DNA of 64,000 nt from Nemertoderma westbladi. Taxonomy: Eukaryota > Animalia > Xenacoelomorpha. A program made the translations under genes and the position numbers. The notes beneath the pieces were generated by a model. It saw only the letters and a list, made by a program, of their open reading frames with translations. It was not told the origin of the DNA and did no database searches. Below, in pieces: positions 41,901 to 53,900 of the stretch. Each line of letters starts with the position of its first letter. Within the stretch, counting starts at the first letter, position 1. The stretch lies in contig JAUCBJ010002852.1 of assembly GCA_032718475.1 (NCBI GenBank), positions 5,342 through 69,341 of the forward strand, read 5' to 3'.

Positions 41901-44900
41901 CTAATCCCATACACTCTATAAGGTCAATGAACTTAAGGGAATTTGTATCCGTTTGATTGTTCACATGAATGTTGAAGTCACCTAGGAACAATAGACGCTC
42001 TTGTCGAGCTATGTAGCATTCGATAAACAATGGAAAATCCTCAAAGAACATAGAACAAGTAGTCGGGTGGTTTGTGCTGTAAGGGGGGGCGATAAATGAT
42101 TATTAACAAGATATGAATTTGTGATTGTTGAAGTTGCCAAACTGAGTATTCGAATGAACGTTTCTCTCCACCATTAAGTTGTTCAATTTTATAGGTACCT
42201 CGTAAGATAATGCCTGTTCCACCGGCATGGTTTCTTACACGTGGAAAATCGATCATTTGGTATCCATCAGGGGAACATAGCCTCTTTACTGCATCGTCAT
42301 CCGTTCTCAGCCAAGTTTCAGTAAGAACACAAACATCAACGCTATTTGTGGTTAGATATTCGACGATTTCGGCGCTTTTATTTCGGACTGATCTTGGATT
42401 CATTAAGCATAGCCTAGTAGACAGTCCTTTATTAGGAATGTTGCTGTTGACGCGGCCGATGCAGCCCCGAGCCGCGGTAGTCACATCTGGGGGCGGCGTG
42501 GGCGCGGTCGACGCAACCGGGGGCAGCGTGGGCGCAGTCAACGCAGCCGGGGGCAGCGTGGGCGCGGTCAACGCAGCCGGGGGCGGCGTGGGTGCGGTCA
42601 ACGCAGCCAGGGGCGGCGTGGGCATGGTCAACGCAGCCGGGGGCGGCGTGGGTGCGGTCAACGCAGCCAGGGTCGGCGTGGGCGCAGTCAACGCAGCCGG
42701 GGGCGGCGTGGGTGCGGTCAACGCAGCCAGGGTCGGCGTGGGCGCAGTCAACGCAGCCGGGGGCAGCGTGGGCGCGGTCAACGCAGCCGGGGGCGGCGTG
42801 GGTGCGGTCAACGCAGCCAGGGGCGGCGTGGGCATGGTCAACGCAGCCGGGGGCAGCGTGGGCGCGGTCAGCGCAGCCGGGAGTGGCGAGGGCGTGGTCG
42901 ACGCAGCCGGGTGCAGCATGGGCGCGGTCAACGCAGCCGGGGTCGGCGTGGGCGTGGTCAACGCAGCCGGGGGCGGCGTGGGCGCGGTCAACGCAGCCGG
43001 GGGCGGCGTGGGCGCGGTCAACGCAGCCAGGGGCGGCGTGGGCGCGGTCAACGCAGCCAGGGGCGGCGTGGGCGCGGTCAATGCAGCCAGGGGCGGCGTG
43101 GGGCGGCATGGGCGTGGTCAACACAGCCGGTGGCGGAGTGGGCGTGGTCAACGCAGCTGGGGGCGATGTGGGCGCGGTCAACGCAAGCGGGGGCGGCGTC
43201 GGCGTGGCCCCAAGTCAATCAATAGCAACACACCGAGTCAGGGATAAATGGTTTAAGGTTAGCTGAGCGGCGCGGTCTGATCTATAGATGGTCCGAGGTC
43301 CGTGAGCGGCAGAGCCCGTAGACTGGTCGAATGGGAGCGCGTTGCTATCAGTAGGTTCCACCGAATGTGGGTTCAGCCGTGATGCTTCGATTACTTTGCC
43401 CCGTGATATAATCCAGTGTTTGTTTGGTTGGGAAGTCTGTAGTCTCCGGCGCTCTTCCCTTAGCTGGTATTGTAGTTTAGATTCGGCGGGGGTGTAGTCA
43501 GGCGAGAGGTACATATTGTTGTAGCACTGAGTTTGGCGTAGGTCGCGAGCCTTCCGAAGTAGGACAGCCCTCTTATCTTGAGGCAATGTGACTACAAGAG
43601 GCCGAGTACCGTTGTCCTTGACCTTCCCCACACGTCTGGTTGAAATTTCAGAAGGAAACAAGTCGATGTTTATCGAGTTAGCTATGTCTATTACAAGTTT
43701 TTTATCATCTTCTTCTACTTTGGCTCCACTAACAACGATATTACATATGCGCCGGTTTTGTTCATCTTCCTCTTCCTTAACTTTACGTGCTAGAAGAGCG
43801 AGGTTATCTGAATCATTTCTATGTTTAGCATTACGTTTAGAGCGTTTGGAAGGGGCATCAGTCCATTCACCCTCGTCAACTATAACTGAGAGCGACTCGT
43901 CTTGGATTACACCAACTTTCTTTTGGATATCTTCCACGCTGGTCATGAACTCTATTCGTAGTTCCTTCATTCTGGAGTTCACAAGTTGCCTGGTGTCATT
44001 TACCGTTTGTTCTAGCTTGTTCGATTTAAGCAGAACGCTATCAAATTGTTGTTGAAGTTCTAGAAATTTGTCATCGGTACGCGATTCAAACTGCTCCAAG
44101 TCTTTCGTTGTGCGAGACAGGCGGTTCCCAACGCATCCGCCGCAATAAAAATCTACGCATCCGAAGTCGGTCCCATTCGGGGCGATACAGATCATAGAAA
44201 TATTGCAGTTCGCTCCGGAGCAGCATACTTCAATCTCTTCGTGGCCGTCGGTTCGTGATGTCGGCAGAGGCTGGTTAGCGTTCGGTGTCTTATTATCCCG
44301 CTTCCTTGTTGTCGGTTGGACGTTTGCAGCAGCAGCGGTTTGTCGACGATGAGCCGACGCAGTACTATTCCGCCGCCATCCGCAGTTGATTTCAAGAACG
44401 ACATCAGGTATTATCAGCAATAAATTGATACTTTATTTATGTATGATTATTAAGCAGATTAAAATTAATTTATTAAAGTAATTAAAAAGTACCGGTACTA
44501 AAGTAGCCCATCAACATGAATTTAAAATAAAATATATTATTCTTGAATAATACTGTAGTTTAGCAATTTATTTTTAAAATTTAACTTATTGCGCAACAGC
44601 TGTTAGCGATGTTAAGCAACAAAAAAGTACCAATTTAAGAATACAAATGCGTATTACATGGGGAAAAAAACGTAGAACATTGTTTTATTCAATATTATCT
44701 CGAGCTCGACCCTTTATTAACCTCGCTGGTGCTCGGTAAATACAATGACACGAGAATAATGAAAAAAAGTTCTACTTTTTTCCCATGTAATAAATAATTA
44801 TATTTATCTACTCTTATTCTCTCACTAGAATGCCGTTATCATAATATCAATCTTATAGGCGCGACTAGAGTTCTCCTCACTAGTTTATTTAAACTGAATT

Positions 44901-47900
44901 TAGATTATATTTCAGTGGTCTATTTTTATCGTTATTCTACAGTTAAGTTAATTACCATGTGATTAACGATCCTCCGGTCTTACACATTTTATTGACATAA
45001 TAAAACTATAAGCTGTAACCTATTTTATACGCCTATTTTGAGTAATAAATTGTAAGTAAATGGTTATGATATCTGGTTTGACTGTTGAAAACATTAATAT
45101 TTACAAAATAATAAGATACGAAAATCCGATACGAAATACAAAGAATATTTATTCGTATTATACGATACGAAGTCAATTTTTAGGATACGAAACGAATAAA
45201 ATACTGAGAAACGAAAATCCGTTTTCGTATCGTATCGTATCCTGTCCCTGAAAAATAGGATGAAACTTTAAATATCTCTTTGTGGTCCTATGGAATCGGA
45301 ACCGGTTATTACGTTACGGTATTTTCGGTAATACGATATTATTTTTTTCGGAATACAGTAACGTAACGTAATTTGGAAATTATTCCGTAATGTAATATCG
45401 TAACGTAAAAAATTCAGTTTTTTAACCGTAACGTAACGTAATACCGTAACGTAAGGTAACGTAAAACATCCTTGATACTGATTATCAATAAAACTACTAC
45501 TACTACTAATGGCCGACTGAGGTATCGCAACGATTGTGAGTAAGAAGCAATGTGGAGGAGAGAGTAGAAAATATAAGAAGAAATGAAAATAAGGAACTTT
45601 TTGCCCTTGAAAACACTTCTTTTACAATTGACTTCGCCGCATTAAGTTACGTATGCTGGGTGAGCAGCGGTCTTTAAACACACCTAACTGCACGTAGGCC
45701 TAACTGCAAAGGTTGCTGCAACTAATGTATTGTATTACCTGCGAGGCCGTTGCGTGGGTCGTATTGAGCGTCGCAATATTCCCGTTCCACGGATCGCAAA
45801 GACGACGCATTGTAACCCTCCCGCAATACTGGGTAATCATCTCGTTGCGTCGGGGTTTTATTCTTTCTATATCTCTTGTAGAACAATCCCTCCAACAACG
45901 CCATCACAAATCCTAACACGTTACCTAAGAAAAAGTTTAGTCATAAAGGCTAGTAAATACTTACTAAGTAGGACCTAGATTTTACAACAAACTACCCATC
46001 CATTACAGGCGCCTGTAGTAGTGGTACGGTAGCTAATATACCGCAAATAATAAAAAATACTTCAACAACAATATTACATTTATTACTAAATTTTAATTTT
46101 CGAGTTACGTGGATTTACCTTAAAAATTTTATCCGGGGCCCTCCATCCCTATATTTACTTATATTACATCATGAAAATTATATAAATTTCCCCAGCTGTT
46201 CCTAAGCGCCCGGCGAACAATGTCATTTAAACATTGAGTGACGCGCGGAGGTCTGCCGAGGCTCCTGGTGCTGGAGATGCGGTCTGGCAGACCATCCTTG
46301 CCACACCGGGCACAGCTGTTGGGCTCAGTCAGCTTGCAACCCAGACGAGTGCCGAAAGAGATGTAGAACTGAGTTCACCAGCTTCATTCCCAGAGTGCTG
46401 ATGGGGATGGCGTCGAGCCAGAAGGGTGGTCGAGGGAGTTTATAAATAAATAAATATCAATAAAATATTTTCATAAATATAATCATAAAAATGTAACCCT
46501 TAATATAACTATAGTTATTATTTTACGATTTCTCATACATTACTATAACGTAAAAAAAATATAAGTTGTATTGGCCGGAAATTACGAACAAATTATTACA
46601 ATAACAATAACAAATCACACTGACGACTCAATTGCCGTGCGGCGCATCCAGAACAATTAATAAGCCCAATACAGCAAGCAAAGTGGAATTTAGGTTGTTT
46701 GCGTTGACAATTCTCACAAATACCCCTTAATTGAATCAACTACAGGTGCGTCTTCGTCTGTAAGAATCCTTCTCAATTTGTATGAGTAAGGTGTTCGTTC
46801 AACCGGTACAGTAGAAAGTTTAAGGAAATTAACTCACCAAATATTAGCACATAGAATACACCGGCGACATTCTTCAAGCCGATACCCTCAGCTCCCCCCT
46901 GTTTGGTACCCCCGTCGTCAGGACATGTGACGCCCTGAGGTTCAAACCACTCTTTCTTCATTCTTTCTAATTCTCCATTCTCTTGCAGTTTCAATATTCT
47001 GAAAAATAAAAAAAAATAAAAGAAATTAATTAAAGAATTAATTAATCTAAATTGATTGAGGTTTTCATAAATTAAAAAGTTTGGAACATCTTCACGAGAT
47101 GCGCTTTTAATGTGTTGATTTATTTCGACATAAACTGGGAATTTAATGATGACATTGTTAAGCTGTTCTAAACGAACATTTTAGAATGGCATTCAAAAAT
47201 ATGTACCAGCGGCATAGACTGTCTGCATTACCGGTACCATGTACTGTATGTATGCATGTATAAACGTTGATTTCTCTAACCAAATAGAAGTTAATATTAT
47301 AAAATAAAGTAGGAACTACAGTAGAGTACTAACTGTTCAGTACAACTAAAACTAACTCTGAATTAATCGCTTCTCTGTATGGGAATCCTCTCTGCAACGC
47401 AATGCCGTAGCCTTTCAACAGAAAAGGGTTCCCAACTGTCGTATACGAACAATTCTTCGCTTTAATCCAATTCAGCACCGGCGCATCCCACAAAAATGCG
47501 TAATTATTGCGGCTAAAAACTCTAAAATCAACAATTATTATTAAAAAATAAATTGTGAAAGGCCTAAATATAGCATTTGCAATTTTTCCCATTACATTTA
47601 TTGAGATACATCGATAAGTTAATAAAACAAGGGATGTACTTTCCAACAACATTGTCATTTTACACAAAATTTAACTTTTTCTGACCATAAATTTTACTCA
47701 CGATCGTAAACTGTAGTATCATTGTTTTCAGTACTGTATTACAGTACCGGTATGTATGGTGTGGTAGTAAAGAGCTAAGAACGTTACAGAGACAAGATAA
47801 AGGAACCAAAACAATAAAGAAGGTTAAATGAGTGCAAAATAATTTTAGTTAAAATTATATGTATTTATTTACAGTATAATAATATTATTGCACTCCTTCC

Positions 47901-50900
47901 TTGGATCCTCTAGGGTTAACGAGTCGCAGTTTCGTGCTACAGTAGTTTGGTCGGGTTTTTTCTACAGTTAAAAAAAAAGTAAATTTTAACAATAAAGTGA
48001 ATTAATTGGTAATGATATAATAATCAAAAGAATATGAACATAATTTACCAAAAACATGTAAGTTATTACCTTGTTATTACCTTGTTATTACCTTGCTATT
48101 ACCTTGTTATTACCTTGCTATTACATTGTTATTACCTTGTTATTACCTTGTTATTACCTTGCTATTACCTTGTTATTACCTTGCTATTACATTGTTATTA
48201 CCTTGTTATTACCTTGTTATTACCTTGCTATTACCTTGTTATTACCTTGTTATTACCTTGTTATTACCTTGTTATTACCTTGTTATTACCTTGTTATTAC
48301 CTTGTTATTACTTTGTTATTACCTTGTTATTACCTTGCTATTACATTGTTATTACCTTGTTATTACCTTGTTATTACCTTGTTATTACCTTGTTATTACC
48401 TTGTTATTACCTTGTTATTACCTTGTTATTACCTTGCTATTACCTTGTTATTACCTTGTTATTACCTTGTTATTACCTTGTTATTACCTTGTTATTACCT
48501 TGTTATTACCTTGTTATTACCTTGTTATTACCTTGTTATTACCTTGTTATTACCTTGTTATTACCTTGTTATTACCTTGTTATTACCTTGTTATTACCTT
48601 GTTATTACCTTGCTATTACCTTGTTATTACCTTGTTATTACCTTGTTATTACCTTGTTATTACCTTGTTATTACCTTGTTATTACCTTGTTATTACCTTG
48701 TTATTACCTTGTTATTACCTTGTTATTACCTTGTTATTACCTTGTTATTACCTTGTTATTACCTTGTTATTACCTTGTTATTACCTTGTTATTACCTTGT
48801 TATTCCTTGTTATTACCTTGTTATTACCTTGTTATTACCTTGTTATTACCTTGCTATTACCTTGTTATTACCTTGTTATTACCTTGCTATTACCTTGTTA
48901 TTACCTTGTTATTACCTTGTTATTACCTTGTTATTACCTTGTTATTACCTTGTTATTACCTTGTTATTACCTTGTTATTACCTTGTTATTACCTTGTTAT
49001 TACCTTGCTATTACCTTGCTATTACCTTGTTATTACCTTGTTATTACCTTGTTATTACCTTGTTATTACCTTGTTATTACCTTGTTATTACCTTGTTATT
49101 ACCTTGTTATTACCTTGTTATTACCTTGTTATTACCTTGTTATTACCTTGTTATTACCTTGTTATTACCTTGTTATTACCTTGTTATTACCTTGTTATTA
49201 CCTTGTTATTCCTTGTTATTACCTTGTTATTACCTTGTTATTACCTTGTTATTACCTTGCTATTACCTTGTTATTACCTTGTTATTACCTTGTTATTACC
49301 TTGTTATTACCTTGTTATTACCTTGTTATTACCTTGTTATTACCTTGTTATTACCTTGTTATTACCTTGTTATTACCTTGTTATTACCTTGCTATTACCT
49401 TGTTATTACCTTGCTATTACATTGTTATTACCTTGTTATTACCTTGTTATTACCTTGCTATTACCTTGTTATTACCTTGCTATTACATTGTTATTACCTT
49501 GTTATTACCTTGTTATTACCTTGCTATTACCTTGTTATTACCTTGTTATTACCTTGTTATTACCTTGTTATTACCTTGTTATTACCTTGTTATTACCTTG
49601 TTATTACCTTGTTATTACCTTGCTATTACATTGTTATTACCTTGTTATTACCTTGTTATTACCTTGTTATTACCTTGTTATTACCTTGTTATTACCTTGT
49701 TATTACCTTGTTATTACCTTGCTATTACCTTGTTATTACCTTGTTATTACCTTGTTATTACCTTGTTATTACCTTGTTATTACCTTGTTATTACCTTGTT
49801 ATTACCTTGTTATTACCTTGTTATTACCTTGTTATTACCTTGTTATTACCTTGTTATTACCTTGTTATTACCTTGCTATTACCTTGCTATTACCTTGTTA
49901 TTACCTTGTTATTACCTTGTTATTACCTTGTTATTACCTTGTTATTACCTTGTTATTACCTTGTTATTACCTTGTTATTACCTTGTTATTACCTTGTTAT
50001 TACCTTGTTATTACCTTGTTATTACCTTGTTATTACCTTGTTATTACCTTGTTATTACCTTGTTATTCCTTGTTATTACCTTGTTATTACCTTGTTATTA
50101 CCTTGTTATTACCTTGCTATTACCTTGTTATTACCTTGTTATTACCTTGCTATTACCTTGTTATTACCTTGTTATTACCTTGTTATTACCTTGTTATTAC
50201 CTTGTTATTACCTTGTTATTACCTTGTTATTACCTTGTTATTACCTTGTTATTACCTTGTTATTACCTTGTTATTACCTTGTTATTACCTTGCTATTACC
50301 TTGTTATTACCTTGTTATTACCTTGTTATTACCTTGTTATTACCTTGTTATTACCTTGCTATTACCTTGTTATTACCTTGTTATTACCTTGTTATTACCT
50401 TGTTATTACCTTGCTATTACCTTGTTATTACCTTGTTATTACCTTGTTATTACATTGTTATTACCTTGTTATTACCTTGTTATTACCTTGTTATTACCTT
50501 GTTATTACCTTGTTATTACCTTGTTATTACCTTGTTATTACCTTGTTATTACCTTGCTATTACCTTGTTATTACCTTGCTATTACCTTGTTATTACCTTG
50601 TTATTACCTTGTTATTACCTTGTTATTACCTTGTTATTACCTTGTTATTACCTTGCTATTACCTTGTTATTACCTTGCTATTACCTTGTTATTTACCTTG
50701 TTATTACCTTGTTATTAACTTGTTATTACCTTGTTATTACCTTGTTATTACCTTGCTATTACCTTGTTATTACCTTGTTATTACCTTGTTATTACCTTGT
50801 TATTACCTTGTTATTACCTTGTTATTACCTTGTTATTACCTTGTTATTACCTTGTTATTACCTTGTTATTACCTTGTTATTACCTTGTTATTACCTTGTT

Positions 50901-53900
50901 ATTACCTTGTTATTACCTTGTCATTACCTTGTTATTACCTTGTTATTACCTTGTTATTACCTTGTTATTACCTTGTTATTACCTTGTTATTACCTTGTTA
51001 TTACCTTGTTATTACCTTGCTATTACCTTGTTATTACCTTGTTATTACCTTGCTATTGCCTTGTTATTACCTTGTTATTACCTTGTTATTACCTTGTTAT
51101 TACCTTGTTATTACCTTGTTATTACCTTGTTATTACCTTGTTATTACCTTGTTATTACCTTGTTATTACCTTGCTATTACCTTGTTATTACCTTGTTATT
51201 ACCTTGCTATTACCTTGTTATTACCTTGTTATTACCTTGTTATTACCTTGTTATTACCTTGTTATTACCTTGTTATTACCTTGCTATTACCTTGTTATTA
51301 CCTTGTTATTACCTTGTTATTACCTTGTTATTACCTTGTTATTACCTTGCTATTACCTTGTTATTACCTTGTTATTACCTTGTTATTACCTTGCTATTAC
51401 CTTGTTATTACCTTGTTATTACCTTGTTATTACCTTGTTATTACCTTGTTATTACCTTGTTATTACCTTGTTATCACCTTGTTATTACCTTGTTATTACC
51501 TTGTTATTACCTTGTTATTACCTTGTTATTACCTTGTTATTACATTGCTATTACCTTGTTATTACCTTGTTATTACCTTGTTATTACCTTGCTATTACCT
51601 TGTTATTACCTTGATATTACCTTGTTATTACCTTGTTATTACCTTTTTATTACCTTGTTATTACCTTGTTATTACCTTGTTATTACCTTGTTATTACCTT
51701 GTTATTACCTTGTTATTACCTTGTTATTACCTTGTTATTACCTTGTTATTACCTTGTTATTACCTTGTTATTACCTTGTTATTACCTTGTTATTACCTTG
51801 TTATTACCTTGTTATTACCTTGTTATTACCTTGTTATTACCTTGTTATTACCTTGTTATTACCTTGTTATTACCTTGTTATTACCTTGTTATTACCTTGT
51901 TATTACCTTGCTATTACCTTGTTATTACCTTGTTATTACCTTGTTATTACCTTGTTATTACTTTGCTATTACCTTGTTATTACCTTGTTATTACCTTGTT
52001 ATTACCTTGTTATTACCTTGCTATTACCTTGTTATTACCTTGCTATTACCTTGTTATTACCTTGTTATTACCTTGTTATTACCTTGTTATTACCTTGTTA
52101 TTACCTTGCTATTACCTTGCTATTACCTTGTTATTACCTTGTTATTACCTTGTTATTACCTTGTTATTACCTTGTTATTACCTTGTTATTACCTTGTTAT
52201 TACCTTGTTATTACCTTGTTATTACCTTGTTATTACCTTGTTATTACCTTGTTATTACCTTGTTATTACCTTGTTATTACCTTGTTATTACCTTGTTATT
52301 ACCTTGTTATTACCTTGTTATTACCTTGTTATAACCTTGTTATTACCTTGCTATTACCTTGTTATTACCTTGTTATTACCTTGTTATTACCTTGTTATTA
52401 CCTTGTTATTACCTTGTTATTACCTTGTTATTACCTTGTTATTACCTTGCTATTACCTTGCTATTACCTTGTTATTACCTTGTTATTACCTTGTTATTAC
52501 CTTGTTATTACCTTGTTATTACCTTGCTATTACCTTGTTATTACCTTGTTATTACCTTGGTATTACCTTGCTATTACCTTGTTATTACCTTGTTATTATT
52601 ACCTTGGTATTACCTTGCTATTACCTTGTTATTACCTTGTTATTACCTTGCTATTACCTTGTTATTACCTTGCTATTTATTACCTTGTTATTATGTTATT
52701 ACCTGTCATATCCAGCAGCGTCAGTGGTAACTAGCACATTTGGGTTGTCGTCGAAGTAATGGCTTATGGTTTTAAACAATTCATTGGCGTCTTGTTGATT
52801 TTTAAACGCTGCTTGAACTGATGAATCTCTGAGCGTTCCGTATTCTAAAAGTTTTTTCGTTAATATTACAGTAATAAATAAAGTTACATAATATACGGAT
52901 TAAACAGTTAATTTCTCCTATACGCTATTTTTGGACCTTTGAATATAATAATTTTATAAATTGTGTAGTCATGTACTATAAAGGCGGAGCGAGCTAGCTC
53001 AGTTGATTGAGCGCTAGGCTTACAATCTATTGCTTGTAGGTTAGAGTCCCGCCAGGGTCCACTCACCCTTTCATCCATTGGGTTCCATAAAAATGAGAAC
53101 CAGTTAATAAAATTGCTGGGAGCAAACCAAGGGATAGGAGTAGCGCCCACCTTCGAGAGGAGTGGCGCCCACTCTCGAGAGGAGTAGCGCCCACTCTCGA
53201 GAGGAGTAGCGCCCACTCTCGAGAGGAGTAGCGCCCACCCTCGAGAGGAGTAGCGCCCACTCTCGAGAGGAGTAGCGCCCACTCTCGAGAGAAGTCGCAC
53301 CCACTCTCGAGAGGAATAGCGCCCACCCTCGAGAGGAGTAGCGCCCACCCTCGAGAGGAGTAGCGCCCACTCTCGAGAGGAGTAGCGCCCACTCTCGAGA
53401 GGAGTAGCGCCCACCTTCGAGAGGAGTACCGCCCACCCTCGAGAGGAGTAGCGCCCACTCTCGAGAGGAGTAGCGCCCACTCTCGAGAGGAGTAGCGCCT
53501 ACCCTCGAGAGGAGTAGCGCCCACTCTCGCTTCTAGTTTCGGACGGCTGTTTGCTTTTTGCTTGTACTACATATAGAATTTCTGAAATGTAGAGCGCGCC
53601 AGGGTCACTGGAGGTATCATAGTTAGTCTGTAGTAGTTAAGATAGAGAAGAAATATCTTTTTACAAGTGACCCACTGAGAAACAATAAATAAAAGTTGGT
53701 CACTTGTAAAACGATGTTTCTTCTCTATCCTATCCACTCCAGATAACACATATAGAATTTATTTATCTAAATTCTGCATGCTGCTTTAAGAATACTATGC
53801 CGACTTCTCAACCACAAATCCGAACACAAATGACTTTCGCGAGAATATCCACATCTTCAACGCTAGCGTCTTTTAAGCGGCGTCTCGAGAGAGCCGTGGG

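Larger units (their letters stand above)
39316..44611 (-). mobile_element. Apparently full-length, frameshifted L2/CR1-group LINE (ORF1 + APE-RT ORF2, stem-loop and (ATT)n tail)
   Basis: ORF1 43215-44420. ORF2 pieces carry APE motifs ([38 protein letters not shown]) and RT motifs ([23 protein letters not shown]) plus a C-terminal LHWLPV...APRLWNKLP. The 3' end has GCGCC...GGCGCTATACAAAT and an (ATT)n tail. Candidate TSD TTAAG at 39311-39315 and 44612-44616. Confidence 0.92.
38245..45250. mobile_element. Second non-autonomous hAT-like element nested in the first
   Basis: TIRs CAGGGGCAGGATACGATACG / CGTATCGTATCCTGTCCCTG, subterminal GATAC repeats, 8-bp TSD AAAGATAG (38237-38244) versus AAAAATAG (45251-45258) with one mismatch. 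Confidence 0.83.
36082..45474. mobile_element. Non-autonomous hAT-like DNA transposon (outer element of nest)
   Basis: TIRs CAAGGATGTT...AACATCCTTG, subterminal (CGTAA/TTACG)n repeats at both ends, perfect 8-bp TSD ATACTGAT at 36074-36081 and 45475-45482. Confidence 0.88.

Noticed and set aside
42210-43266. Gly/Ala-rich + strand ORFs resembling silk or elastin
   Set aside because: Antisense frames of the GC-rich VNTR inside the LINE.
48034-52759. Hydrophobic ([10 protein letters not shown])n ORFs
   Set aside because: An 11-bp unit without stops on the + strand gives the same peptide in all three frames; it lies antisense inside an intron.
52990-53056. Possible tRNA gene
   Set aside because: The boxes are degenerate, I could not fold a cloverleaf, and it continues into a SINE-like body.
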